Below, piece after piece: positions 19,976 through 29,487 of a DNA stretch of 52,201 nucleotides (position 1 is its first letter; the number at the start of each line of letters is the position of its first letter). The DNA lies in IMG/VR virus record IMGVR_UViG_3300031993_004551, positions 64,001-116,201 of that record. One strand, 5' to 3'. Below the pieces are notes generated by a model, which did not search any database, was not told the origin of the DNA, and worked only from the letters and a program-made list of their open reading frames with translations. A program made the translations under genes and the position numbers. The DNA is from a virus. Its lineage: Duplodnaviria > Heunggongvirae > Uroviricota > Caudoviricetes.

Positions 19976-22906
19976 ATGAAGAAACCCAGCATTAACTCAC
20001 TGAAGCACTTTATCCGGGCTGCCTGCCAAGGAACCCCGATGATGGAAGCCGGACAGCTCGCCTGCACGGTACTTTTCGAAGGTCTTTCCCCAGTAAACAA
20101 GGCCAGACGGGCAATCAGGAACATACTCCCGGTGCCACCCGGCGGATGGGACGCGCCCGCGCAAACTCCCGACGGAAAGCCAGTGATTTCCCAGAACGGC
20201 AACGAGCTTAGCTGGAATCTCAAGATGGAAGCCGCGATACGCGACGAATTCTTCCATTCAGGCGACATCGCCGAGAAGTTCGAGCCGGGTGTCGCCCGAA
20301 TGGCATACCATGACCTCCACCTGTGGCCGGAGAATGTGGCGGACTTCCGCCAGCAGCAGCCGGCCCCGAGAACCGACAGAATACCTTCCCTGAAGGCCAT
20401 CCTCCGCATGCTCACCGGGGCCCACCAGGACGACTTCGACGGGGACCTCAACGGTCTATCCTTCGATGCGCTCGAGCAGAACTACGGTACCCACAAGAAC
20501 CGCAACTCCGACGACTACAACGAAGGTAGCGGCATCGAGGATACCGGGGAGAGCAAGTACCGCATCGTCCATGTAAAGAACTTCGAAGAGTCCGAACAGT
20601 ATGCACATATGTTCCCCGACAACAGCACCCGCTGGTGCATCTGCCGGTCCCGGCAATACTGGAACCAGTATACCAGAAGGGGGCAGAACACGGCATATTA
20701 CCTTATCGCGCCTGACGCCGAGGACATTCCGGCCGTTCCGGGCGAGAATTGCCCGCTCGACCGCTACGGGCTCTCCATGATTGGCATAATGATTGACCCG
20801 GAAGGTGGTATCGACCACTGCTGCTGCCGCTGGAACTACGCCCACGGGGCTACCGACGGCATCCTCAACAGGAGGCAAATCGAGGAGCTAATCGGGAGAC
20901 CGCTGGACAAGGCCTGTCCGCACCTAGAACCGGACGACAGCGAACGCGAATTGACTGTCGACGCGGTAATCGGAAAGATAAAGAACGGAATGGACCCGAT
21001 GGAAGCCTGGACGACCAGCGGGTTTACCCGTACCGACCATACTTTATGGGACGGTACAGCAGTTATTTTCACACATCCGCATGTCGACAATGACGGTTAC
21101 GAAACGACATTCGAAACCATAGTAGATGCAACAACGCTTAACCCGATGTTCAATTTCGAACTCACCGAATGGCATACCATCGACGACAATGTGATTTGGG
21201 GAACATACAAGAGTTACGAAACCACCGAGCATGGTGAAGATTTATATAACGATGTGCTGCTTCGTCGGGATGGCCACTGCGTCGACCTGGCAACATCAGA
21301 CTCTGAAAACAGCGACTATGTGATATTCTACCAAGGCCGTATCGACGATATTCGGAAAATAGACGGCCTGCCGGGCCTATACCTGCTGCAGATGGATAAT
21401 GCCCCAGATTCCAATTTCCCTTACGCAATAATCGATTCAGAAGGAAAATCCCAAATCGGCATGCATAAGAATATTGAAATATACCCGGCCTCGCAGCTGA
21501 TATGCTGCGACCTCGACTCCGAGTATGTATTTGACCATGATGACAATGGGGAAGACGGAGGTACCGCAGTTTACCACTATGATGAATCGGGTAACCTGAA
21601 TGAATACATCAGGCGCAACAGTACTTCCGACACCCTTGACTATATCGACAGTTCGACATTCCGTATTGCGCCGGACCCAAACCACCCCGAAAAGAAGAGT
21701 GGAAGTGACATCCAAATTATCTATGTCGACGACGGTGCCATATATACAATTCTCGGCGGTGTAGAAAAGCTCCTGTTCAAAGAGAATGTCACCTCGACAG
21801 AAAAAGTTACGCTCAAGAACACTTCGGATAGCATCTACAGAATCACCCGTGATGCCGAGACCGAGGACGGATACGAGGACGAAGATGTCCTTTACGACCT
21901 GTCACAGGACAGGATTCTCGCGACCGGCCTGAAGGAGATGGACAGCGAAGGCATGTACACCGATTCCGAAGGATTCCGCAACAAATACGGCATCAACGGA
22001 CCGATGCTCCGAAAGGGTTACCGTCATATCGAAGAACAGGTTATACAAAAGTCCTGCGCGGCCGGCGACAGCTTCTATGTATGCGCCGAATCGCCCGACG
22101 CAGATGAAGCTATCTTCATCAACCAGGAAACCAATGAACCGGTATACGACCACCCAATTCCGAAAGATTCCGTCCCTGTAACGAAAGACCTGTACATAGC
22201 GCCACTGCCAGACGAAGCCGACGGTAGTCACAAATATGCATACTTCTCCGCAAAAGACGGTCAGCAGACATCGGAACCATTTATCAAAGTAAGGATTGAT
22301 AGCGGCACCGCCTGTACGGCGGTAACCAGCAAGATGGAAACCTCCAGAAACGCCAATGACGGCACGACTAAGATAATCGACCTTGCAACCGGGAAAGACT
22401 ATCCGTTTACCCTTAGCGACTTGTCATATGTATACCTATTCAATTGGCCAGGTATCAAGGCAAAGGCAGTACAGAAGTTCGAGGAAGTCACCGGAGAACC
22501 TGGCGATGACGCCAAGAATAGTACCTATATCTTTATCTTATCCAACGCAAACGACGATACCCGCACTATAGCAGCCTGCTGCCGTGGCGTATGGGTGTTC
22601 TCCGACATCGGATGGAAACCTAAACTCGCAGCCAATAAAAACTCGAGCTTGCTAACCTGGATTGACGATACGACTAAGCGATACATCGTATATGACATTT
22701 CCACAAACAAAAGTATCGATTTCAATTCTAACAACAACGCAGTGTTCTTCATCAGAAAGTTCACCGAATCCCAGGGATATGGCGTAACGTCAGAAAATTT
22801 TATACTAGCGACTAAGAAATACGAAATTGAGCACCCGGACAAGACCTGGATGGACTGGGTTAAAGAATATGAACAAAACGAAGGTAAAGAATATGGCCCG
22901 AGATAA
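19976..22906 (+). CDS. Large hypothetical protein (~976 aa), paralog of 23285-25777; probable internal virion protein
   Basis: N-terminal ~330 aa collinear with the paralog (LFEG, KFEPG.AR.AY, WC, PLD.YGLS.IG, CCxRWN); ATG 7 nt after TATAAACT. Confidence 0.6.
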   Translation: MKKPSINSLKHFIRAACQGTPMMEAGQLACTVLFEGLSPVNKARRAIRNILPVPPGGWDAPAQTPDGKPVISQNGNELSWNLKMEAAIRDEFFHSGDIAEKFEPGVARMAYHDLHLWPENVADFRQQQPAPRTDRIPSLKAILRMLTGAHQDDFDGDLNGLSFDALEQNYGTHKNRNSDDYNEGSGIEDTGESKYRIVHVKNFEESEQYAHMFPDNSTRWCICRSRQYWNQYTRRGQNTAYYLIAPDAEDIPAVPGENCPLDRYGLSMIGIMIDPEGGIDHCCCRWNYAHGATDGILNRRQIEELIGRPLDKACPHLEPDDSERELTVDAVIGKIKNGMDPMEAWTTSGFTRTDHTLWDGTAVIFTHPHVDNDGYETTFETIVDATTLNPMFNFELTEWHTIDDNVIWGTYKSYETTEHGEDLYNDVLLRRDGHCVDLATSDSENSDYVIFYQGRIDDIRKIDGLPGLYLLQMDNAPDSNFPYAIIDSEGKSQIGMHKNIEIYPASQLICCDLDSEYVFDHDDNGEDGGTAVYHYDESGNLNEYIRRNSTSDTLDYIDSSTFRIAPDPNHPEKKSGSDIQIIYVDDGAIYTILGGVEKLLFKENVTSTEKVTLKNTSDSIYRITRDAETEDGYEDEDVLYDLSQDRILATGLKEMDSEGMYTDSEGFRNKYGINGPMLRKGYRHIEEQVIQKSCAAGDSFYVCAESPDADEAIFINQETNEPVYDHPIPKDSVPVTKDLYIAPLPDEADGSHKYAYFSAKDGQQTSEPFIKVRIDSGTACTAVTSKMETSRNANDGTTKIIDLATGKDYPFTLSDLSYVYLFNWPGIKAKAVQKFEEVTGEPGDDAKNSTYIFILSNANDDTRTIAACCRGVWVFSDIGWKPKLAANKNSSLLTWIDDTTKRYIVYDISTNKSIDFNSNNNAVFFIRKFTESQGYGVTSENFILATKKYEIEHPDKTWMDWVKEYEQNEGKEYGPR

Positions 22907-23246
22907 GCACACATTTGGTCCCCCGGGGTTCCGCGGATTCCACCGGCCTGTTCCCGGACCGGTCCCACCGCCGATGCCCCACCTACCGGAAATGCCACCG
23001 ATGCGCGGTCCCGTAAAGATTCGCGACTGGAAATACTCGCCGGACGGAAAATTCGACCTGGTACACTTCCAGAACGGGATGCCAGGGGCAATTCCCCACG
23101 GGTATGTCTTTGACGGCTTCGGGATGCACGGGAACGGCCCCCGACGGCTGGACACACAGGATATACGCGGGGACATCTCTAATTCAGAGGGGATGGACGC
23201 GCCAAACCTCTGGTTCAACAACAGCGACATGGGCCAGAACTTCTAG
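22893..23246 (+). CDS. Small Pro-rich hypothetical protein
   Basis: ORF overlaps the upstream stop and is followed by a terminator. Confidence 0.45.
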   Translation: MARDKHTFGPPGFRGFHRPVPGPVPPPMPHLPEMPPMRGPVKIRDWKYSPDGKFDLVHFQNGMPGAIPHGYVFDGFGMHGNGPRRLDTQDIRGDISNSEGMDAPNLWFNNSDMGQNF

Positions 23247-23259
23247 CCTATACGAAAAT

Positions 23260-23285
23260 GCCCCGGGGAAACTCGGGGTTTTCTT
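23260..23285 (+). terminator. Intrinsic terminator
   Basis: GCCCCGGG-GAAA-CTCGGGGT followed by TTTTCTTT, between convergent genes. Confidence 0.75.
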
Positions 23286-25777
23286 TAATTAAAAGTGAAC
23301 CTTTTATCCATCCAATTCATTATATGATGGCATGCATCGTCATCATCGCCGTTATCCTTGATAATAGCACTCCACACATGATTAGATATCGGGCCATATA
23401 CAAATATACTACCCGGCCCAACAAATTTATCGTTTTGCTTTTCACGAGTAATGAATATATAATTGTAACCATCAGCCGACATTGAATCATTCTTCTCAGC
23501 AACATAACTATCGATAGCCTGTTTAATTTCCTGACGCTTAATCAATCCGGCCGAATACAGGTTATCCGATACATATCGCTCTACATCAGGCGGAAATACT
23601 AATTCGCCATTATTTGCATTGATTACATTACAATATTTATGTTCAGCTGTCTGAAGAACACCATATTTTTTAGTATCAAACCCAAAGAAATAATGTCGTT
23701 CGTGCACCTTTCCATCTGGAGTAATTAACGAGTATCCAGTGTCGGTATTCATATTAGTAGACATTACAGTAACCGCATCACCGCACACGAATAATCTGAC
23801 CACGCACGAGCCGCCTAATTCGTTAGGCAAATGCGGGTAGCAGATGTTGAACTTCCTAGACACTTCATCATATATCGGAACCCCGCCATCCGCCAATATA
23901 TGGGACTCATACGGCGCCAAAATCTCACGGAGGCGCAACGGCTGAACATCTACTCTAGCAGGATAAACATCACAGGATGGAACAACAACTTCTCCGGTAT
24001 CCTTGTTCACTAAAGCATATCGGCTAAATTTTCTACCTTCCACACTCCTTAATTCAAGCCACCTGGCGTTGGCTACCCCCATCGAATGGTCCCCAATGAT
24101 ATCATCAACGCCAGCCAATATAGAACCTGATATCGGGTCAAGCCGGCGGAATACCTTCCTGCCATTATCATCATATCCGATATAGCTAACCGTATTACCT
24201 GTACTCCAAGCATCGTCACTTCCAACATCATCGCTGATTTGAACATAGCCATCCGGTCTCATCAAGCACAGACAAAGGTCCATTATGAATAGATTGCCCG
24301 GCAAATAATGTATATCGACATCATCAGATTCAATTTCCATCGTGGTAACATTGAATAGTGCGGTATCCTCGTAATCAACATGAAATGTATAGTAACGACC
24401 GGCAAATATCCCCTTTTCACCCGTATCGGCGTATCGCAGGACATCCTCGACGGAAACATCTACGGTATCGGGGAATAACTTATATTTTCCGTCAAACCGG
24501 AATATAGCAAACGGTTCGTAACCGCCATCATTCTCATCATCGCCGGCATTGTCGTCAGCATTCGCGATTGTCTGTTCATTAACACTATATGGGTCATACC
24601 ATAAAACTACCGAATATGCCGACGGGGATACCGTTCCAGGTTTCCATTGGGTTATCGGATAAGGGAACGCGATTGTCCAGTCCTTCTTCACCAGCACCAC
24701 ATTGAAAGATTCATTAATCCTTACCCCAAGCATCCGATAGTCACCGTGTTCCCAATAAGTATTAACTACTTTACTGTTATCGGCGTTTTCCTTTGCGAAA
24801 GAAATGATTTTCTCCAGATTAACCGTGACTTCAGACTGGTCTTCTTCGGTATATGGCGGGCAAATATCAGAAAGTTCCCTTACATTGAGCAGTTTGCACA
24901 GCTGTTCCTCACTCATAGACATATCAGTGCCGCCTTGCAGGTGATTCCATCGTGTACAGCAGTTGTCAAGCGTACCGTCAGGCGCAATCCCGATGCCAAT
25001 CAGGGATAACCCGTATTCATCCAAAGGCGCGTTCGGACCCGGCACCGGCTCTACCTCGTCAACATTCGGGGCTATCAGGAAGTACATCTTTACCGTATTT
25101 CCCTTGGTATAGTTATTCCAGTAACGGCGCATCTCGGTAAGGCACCACTGCTGGGTATTCTTGGTATAGTGTCCGTATTTCTTGGCGGTTTCAAAATTCG
25201 GAATCCAGACTACCTTGTAGTTAGTTCCGGAGCCATCGGATTCCTCGTTGATATACTTCTTCCCGGTAGACCCATGGGCGAACCTAGCGATAAGTTCATC
25301 ACCGGACATCCCGTTAAGGTCGAAATCATAGTCGTCCGAGTGTACCCCGCTGATTTCCCTGAGCACATTGACGATTGGACGGATTCCGTTGGTACGGTGT
25401 TCAGGATGATTCGGACGCCAATCAGGTAGGTCTTCCGGCCACACCCCGATTTCTGTATAGGCTATACGGGCGATACCCGGTTCGAACTTGGGGTTACTGC
25501 GTCCGTCATGGAAGAAAATTGACCTGATATGATACTCAAGGCAGTTGATGATGGACATCTGGTTGTGGTTATCGGCGGTAAGCAGGGGATTTCCCTGTCC
25601 ATCCACGGCGATAGCATCCCATCCGTTAGGCGGGGGCGGAAGAAGCTGCCTGATAGTCCGGCGGGCCTTCTGCTGCGGCGTAAGCCCCTCGAAAAGTGCC
25701 GTAGCAGCTTCCATCACCGTCCGGCGCACCTTTGCACTGTCGAAGCCCTCATAAATAATCTTGCCTAGAGATTCCAT
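23285..25777 (-). CDS. Large hypothetical protein (830 aa), paralog of 19976-22906
   Basis: Shared N-terminal domain, divergent beta-rich C-terminus; TATAAACT upstream. Confidence 0.6.
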   Translation of the reverse strand: MESLGKIIYEGFDSAKVRRTVMEAATALFEGLTPQQKARRTIRQLLPPPPNGWDAIAVDGQGNPLLTADNHNQMSIINCLEYHIRSIFFHDGRSNPKFEPGIARIAYTEIGVWPEDLPDWRPNHPEHRTNGIRPIVNVLREISGVHSDDYDFDLNGMSGDELIARFAHGSTGKKYINEESDGSGTNYKVVWIPNFETAKKYGHYTKNTQQWCLTEMRRYWNNYTKGNTVKMYFLIAPNVDEVEPVPGPNAPLDEYGLSLIGIGIAPDGTLDNCCTRWNHLQGGTDMSMSEEQLCKLLNVRELSDICPPYTEEDQSEVTVNLEKIISFAKENADNSKVVNTYWEHGDYRMLGVRINESFNVVLVKKDWTIAFPYPITQWKPGTVSPSAYSVVLWYDPYSVNEQTIANADDNAGDDENDGGYEPFAIFRFDGKYKLFPDTVDVSVEDVLRYADTGEKGIFAGRYYTFHVDYEDTALFNVTTMEIESDDVDIHYLPGNLFIMDLCLCLMRPDGYVQISDDVGSDDAWSTGNTVSYIGYDDNGRKVFRRLDPISGSILAGVDDIIGDHSMGVANARWLELRSVEGRKFSRYALVNKDTGEVVVPSCDVYPARVDVQPLRLREILAPYESHILADGGVPIYDEVSRKFNICYPHLPNELGGSCVVRLFVCGDAVTVMSTNMNTDTGYSLITPDGKVHERHYFFGFDTKKYGVLQTAEHKYCNVINANNGELVFPPDVERYVSDNLYSAGLIKRQEIKQAIDSYVAEKNDSMSADGYNYIFITREKQNDKFVGPGSIFVYGPISNHVWSAIIKDNGDDDDACHHIMNWMDKRFTFN

Positions 25778-25801
25778 CCCGATACCTCATTTGATATCGA
25801 G

Positions 25802-25809
25802 AGTTTATA
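25802..25809 (-). promoter_or_regulatory. TATAAACT putative late promoter
   Basis: Exact motif upstream of ATG 25777. Confidence 0.7.
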
Positions 25810-25812
25810 TAC

Positions 25813-26328
25813 CTAAAAGTCAAGGTGCCGGTCGTTCCATGGAACGAAATCGCCTTCAAGCGGCTTGGAATACAGGATGATGTCACCGACGATGTAATCA
25901 GGGATATTGCCGTGGAACTCCTCGGCCGTATACCCGTTCTTCTCGTAGAACGCCCGGGCGGACGTATTGTCGCTATTCGTGTACAGGCGGGCATGCCTGA
26001 ACCCTTTCTCGCGGGCGGATTCCTCAAAGCGCCTAATCATTTCCGTAGCGTAGCCCATACGGCGATACTTCGGCAGCACACCGAACCACCCGAGCCAAGC
26101 GGATTCCTTGTCAGCATTCTCGACATACAGCCCTGACAACCCGACCGGCTTATCCTCTTCGTTATAGTGAATCCAGTAGTGGAAATCATCCTTGCCTATC
26201 GATGCCGTAAACCAATTATCATAGCCATCGAATCCAAGGATTTCCTCGTCGGGGAATATATCGATGAACAACTTAAGTGCCAAATCGACAAGATTTTCAT
26301 CAACTAATGAAGTTTTTGATATATTCAT
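25813..26328 (-). CDS. GNAT-family acetyltransferase
   Basis: Motif A WFGVLPKYRRMGYA, motif B NTSARAFYEKNGY; start reassigned to MNISK. Confidence 0.85.
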   Translation of the reverse strand: MNISKTSLVDENLVDLALKLFIDIFPDEEILGFDGYDNWFTASIGKDDFHYWIHYNEEDKPVGLSGLYVENADKESAWLGWFGVLPKYRRMGYATEMIRRFEESAREKGFRHARLYTNSDNTSARAFYEKNGYTAEEFHGNIPDYIVGDIILYSKPLEGDFVPWNDRHLDF

Positions 26329-26333
26329 GCCAC

Positions 26334-26358
26334 AAATATAGCATTTTTTGCTATATTT
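26334..26358. promoter_or_regulatory. Divergent TGCTATATTT promoter pair forming a perfect inverted repeat
   Basis: AAATATAGCA-TTTTT-TGCTATATTT between divergent genes. Confidence 0.65.
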
Positions 26359-26394
26359 TAAGTAATAACGAATTAACAACTTCAAAGGAACATT

Positions 26395-26976
26395 ATGTCC
26401 ACAAAAGAAATTCTTAAACTCGATAATGATGGGATTGCCAAAATCAAAAAGTACCTTCTCGGCCAAGTAAAGAAGACTCCGGTCGGTGTCAAGGTCAAGC
26501 ACAGCGAAGAAAACACCAATTCCTATTCCAAGAGCTCCGACGAATACACCACGGCAGACGGCACGATTTCCATCTACCTCAAGCAGAACGAAAAGGCTTA
26601 CGAATTCAATGCCAAGGTTGCAGTCAAGAACAAGGTCGCCGGCCTCAAGGACGGTACCTATGCAATCGAACAGAATGACGAATCCGACATCGACGACCTC
26701 TTCAGCGATGTCCTCGAAGCCGTCAACTCCTTGATGCACAAGAAGATTGAAGCCGCCCACAAGGCTGCCGAAAAGGCCAAGAAGAAGGCCGACGCCGAAA
26801 AGAAGAAGGCCGAATCTGCCAAGAAGAAGGCTGAAGCTGCCAAGAAGAAAGCCGAAAAGGCCAAGAAGATTGAAGGCGCCCGTATTCCTACTGGTATCGA
26901 ACAGGCATTGGCTACAGCCGCAGTTTTAAACCCTGGCATCGGCAGTAAGAAGTCCAAGCCGGCCAAGAAGCACTAA
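26395..26976 (+). CDS. Hypothetical protein with Lys/Ala-rich H1-like C-terminus
   Basis: AAEKAKKKADAEKKKAESAKKKAEAAKKKAEK. Confidence 0.6.
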   Translation: MSTKEILKLDNDGIAKIKKYLLGQVKKTPVGVKVKHSEENTNSYSKSSDEYTTADGTISIYLKQNEKAYEFNAKVAVKNKVAGLKDGTYAIEQNDESDIDDLFSDVLEAVNSLMHKKIEAAHKAAEKAKKKADAEKKKAESAKKKAEAAKKKAEKAKKIEGARIPTGIEQALATAAVLNPGIGSKKSKPAKKH

Positions 26977-26999
26977 TCGGCAATTCAACCGAAAACAAG

Positions 27000-27026
27000 A
27001 AGCGGAGCATCAGGCTCCGCTTTTTC
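27000..27026. terminator. Bidirectional intrinsic terminator
   Basis: AAGCGGAGC-ATCAG-GCTCCGCTT followed by a T-tract, between convergent genes. Confidence 0.8.
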
Positions 27027-27430
27027 TATTTTCCCGCAAAGATTTTTCCGAACTGGGCAAGGAACGCCGCCGCATTCTGCGCGGCTACCTCCGGGTACAT
27101 AGTCTCGCCCACTTCCGGGGCAGGACCGTCATAATCCTTCTTGAACTCGCCATACGGGTCACCGTCGACATCATACGCGTGCTCGCCGACATCATCGATG
27201 AACAGCGTCTGAACATACTTGTCAAGCTCATCGTCTTCATCGCGCATCCGGAAATAATTCGAGTTGTCGAACCGGCTCATCGTATCGAGAATCTTATTGT
27301 GGCCATACATCGGATTGTCCATAGCCATCCGATTGAACCTGTCGAGAGCAGACTCCTTGATTACCGGAGCGTCCCACCCGGGGCCGTCCACCATAAAGAG
27401 TCCGCCGATTTCACCGCTCTCATTAGCCAT
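27026..27430 (-). CDS. Acidic hypothetical protein
   Basis: GAGGAG RBS before MANESG. Confidence 0.55.
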   Translation of the reverse strand: MANESGEIGGLFMVDGPGWDAPVIKESALDRFNRMAMDNPMYGHNKILDTMSRFDNSNYFRMRDEDDELDKYVQTLFIDDVGEHAYDVDGDPYGEFKKDYDGPAPEVGETMYPEVAAQNAAAFLAQFGKIFAGK

Positions 27431-28130
27431 TGATAAGTCTCCTCGGGTCGATAACATTCAACTGGCGGCGCCCGTTCGGCAATCGCGTAGTCACATTAAC
27501 CTTGAGATTCTGACCAATCTCGGCAATCCCCTGACCACCGCTCTGTTCAAGTACTTTGCCGATTTCCTGCAGGGTGCGCTGAATCATCGCGAGGAGCATC
27601 GCCCGGTTCCTCATATGCAAAGACCCGTCGGCGGAACTGAAAGTGCCGTCGTGGTTGTCCACAATGTTATTGAGTAATCTAGGGGCAATGTCCCTTGCCG
27701 GCACAGGAACATTCATGTCCTGCATAATCCGCCCCATCTCGCGTTCGCCCTCGACGGTAAGCGCATCGGTTTCCGGGAGCCTTTCAACATCAAGTTCGTC
27801 CTGGAACCTATCAATATCAGGTTCGTCCTGGAACGGTTCCTCCTCGCTCTCAATATTGTCCACCCCGATAGCCCTTCCTGCGCGCGGGTACTGCACATCG
27901 ACAGGTTCCTGCGGAGGCAATGCGTTCGCGTTGCGGCGTCGGTTCACTTCGCCAATCATTCCGAGCAGGGTACCGATTGCACCGATAAATTCATCCTCTC
28001 TAGGCCTATCTCCGGCCTGACAACGGTTAAGTACGTTCAATACACCGGCAAGAGGGTTATTATTTTTACCCCTCGGCTGCTCAAAATGGCCGTCAAAAAT
28101 ATCCTGTCGTCTAGTCAAATCGCGTGGCAT
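27423..28130 (-). CDS. Hypothetical protein, 235 aa
   Basis: ORF with GAGG RBS and TATAAACT upstream. Confidence 0.55.
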   Translation of the reverse strand: MPRDLTRRQDIFDGHFEQPRGKNNNPLAGVLNVLNRCQAGDRPREDEFIGAIGTLLGMIGEVNRRRNANALPPQEPVDVQYPRAGRAIGVDNIESEEEPFQDEPDIDRFQDELDVERLPETDALTVEGEREMGRIMQDMNVPVPARDIAPRLLNNIVDNHDGTFSSADGSLHMRNRAMLLAMIQRTLQEIGKVLEQSGGQGIAEIGQNLKVNVTTRLPNGRRQLNVIDPRRLING

Positions 28131-28157
28131 ACAAACCTCGGCAAAGTCTTTAACCGG

Positions 28158-28165
28158 AGTTTATA
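28158..28165 (-). promoter_or_regulatory. TATAAACT putative late promoter
   Basis: Exact motif upstream of ATG 28130. Confidence 0.7.
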
Positions 28166-28173
28166 TTACCTGA

Positions 28174-28530
28174 TTAATCGAGCCAGTCCTTATTGATACG
28201 GCTTTCGCCCCACTTCGTAAACGCCTCGCGCTCCTCATCGTTCGAAATCTGCTTGGCGTTGGAAATGAACTCCTCGACGAACTTGGCGTGATTCGGTACC
28301 GCAATCGGGTAGACGATGAATGTTACCAACAGGAACAACCCGGAAGCAATTATAGTAGCCAATAGGTTATTTACGAGAATCGTAGCCGGAACAAGAATGA
28401 ACAGCAACGTGAACAGCTTGTCGAGCATCTTTGCCCTCCTGGCGATATCCCCGTACTTGATGTACATATGCTGTGTGATATCCAAGGGGGAACCCGGGAT
28501 TACATCATCCCCGCCTTCTCCAGTTTCCAT
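28174..28530 (-). CDS. Small membrane protein (two hydrophobic segments)
   Basis: LFTLLFILVPATILV and ATIIASGLFLLVTFIVYPIAV; GGAGG RBS. Confidence 0.6.
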   Translation of the reverse strand: METGEGGDDVIPGSPLDITQHMYIKYGDIARRAKMLDKLFTLLFILVPATILVNNLLATIIASGLFLLVTFIVYPIAVPNHAKFVEEFISNAKQISNDEEREAFTKWGESRINKDWLD

Positions 28531-28559
28531 ATGAAATCCTCCAATTATAGATTTACACC

Positions 28560-28569
28560 AAATATAGCA
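28560..28569 (-). promoter_or_regulatory. TGCTATATTT putative early/host-type promoter
   Basis: Exact motif upstream of ATG 28530. Confidence 0.6.
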
Positions 28570-28603
28570 AAATCAATAAACATCTCCGCAAGGAGAATAT
28601 CAA

Positions 28604-29233
28604 ATGATTTATACTATCGGCTCTTCACGCAACAGCTTCCTTCCGCTTGACAACTTCAGGAAGCAATTCATAGTAGACCGGGAACACCCCGGGGACAACA
28701 TCGACCACCTCAACAGGCACTACTGCGAGCTTACCGGGCTCTATTACATGTGGAAGCACGAGACTGACGACCTTTGCGGCCTAAAACACTACCGCCGGTA
28801 CTTCTACGACGATAACCACCTGCTTTCCCGGGCCGGCGCAGCCTACTTCCTCGAACATTCGGACATCATACTCATCCCGCACCACCATCCAATGAACCGG
28901 ACTACATACCAGTGGTTCATCGGGGCGATGAAGGCGGAAGACATCGAAAAATGGGTAGTCGCCCTCGATACAATCCACCCGGAATTTACCCGGACATTCA
29001 CGGACTACCTCAACAGCAACCTGGTGTACATCTGCAACATGTTCGTCACCCGCAAGGAAGTACTGGACGCCTGGTGCTCCTGGCTGTTCCCGGCACTGCA
29101 CATCTATGACGAAGCGGCGGGTCTCGGGGAGCACAACCGGAGAATCGACGGGTACCTGGCGGAACATACTCTAGGTGCCTGGTGCATATACAACAAGATG
29201 AAGGTCGCCAACGGCACCCTTCACATGACCTAA
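28604..29233 (+). CDS. DUF4422-family protein (glycosyltransferase-like, polysaccharide-synthesis associated)
   Basis: GDNIDHLNRHYCELTGLYYMWK, GLKHYRRYF, CNMFV, GYLAE; AAGGAG RBS. Confidence 0.8.
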   Translation: MIYTIGSSRNSFLPLDNFRKQFIVDREHPGDNIDHLNRHYCELTGLYYMWKHETDDLCGLKHYRRYFYDDNHLLSRAGAAYFLEHSDIILIPHHHPMNRTTYQWFIGAMKAEDIEKWVVALDTIHPEFTRTFTDYLNSNLVYICNMFVTRKEVLDAWCSWLFPALHIYDEAAGLGEHNRRIDGYLAEHTLGAWCIYNKMKVANGTLHMT

Positions 29234-29236
29234 CAG

Positions 29237-29260
29237 AAAAGGCAGCCCTTCCGGACTGCC
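29237..29260 (-). terminator. Intrinsic terminator
   Basis: Minus strand GGCAGTCC-GGAA-GGGCTGCC-TTTT. Confidence 0.75.
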
Positions 29261-29487
29261 CTTCCTGTTCGTTTTTCTCAACATACCGTTAACTGAAACC
29301 TACCTAAATCTACCAATAGGTAGACCTATGTGATTTCCTACCTTACCCATTGCTGGGTAGGCCGTAACGGTACTTAATCAACCGTATCTACGCGATATTC
29401 CTAATATGAATCAAGCAATACGGCTGACTTGCCTAGTCCTACTTCATTGCTGAAGAGCCTTAACACGGTCGGCATGTCAAACTAAGC
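29237..29487 (-). ncRNA. Candidate structured non-coding RNA of unassigned family
   Basis: ORF-free; upstream TGTATATTT motif; several 5-11 bp helices including two GCAA tetraloops; downstream terminator. Confidence 0.55.

Noticed and set aside
25813-26760. Longer track starts for GNAT, nrdG, the 2109, 19040 and 19880 ORFs
   Set aside because: The extensions overlap neighbouring genes or promoter motifs; downstream ATGs match RBS/promoter positions and family N-termini.
29241-29260. GTCCGGAAGG resembling the SRP RNA GGAA tetraloop
   Set aside because: The stem is fully paired, lacks the SRP internal loop (CAGG/AGCA) and is followed by a U-tract, so it is a terminator.
29237-29487. Complete group II or group I intron
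   Set aside because: Too short, no GUGYG start, no RT ORF, no group I P/Q/R/S core and not inside a gene; only the domain-V-like helix is noted.
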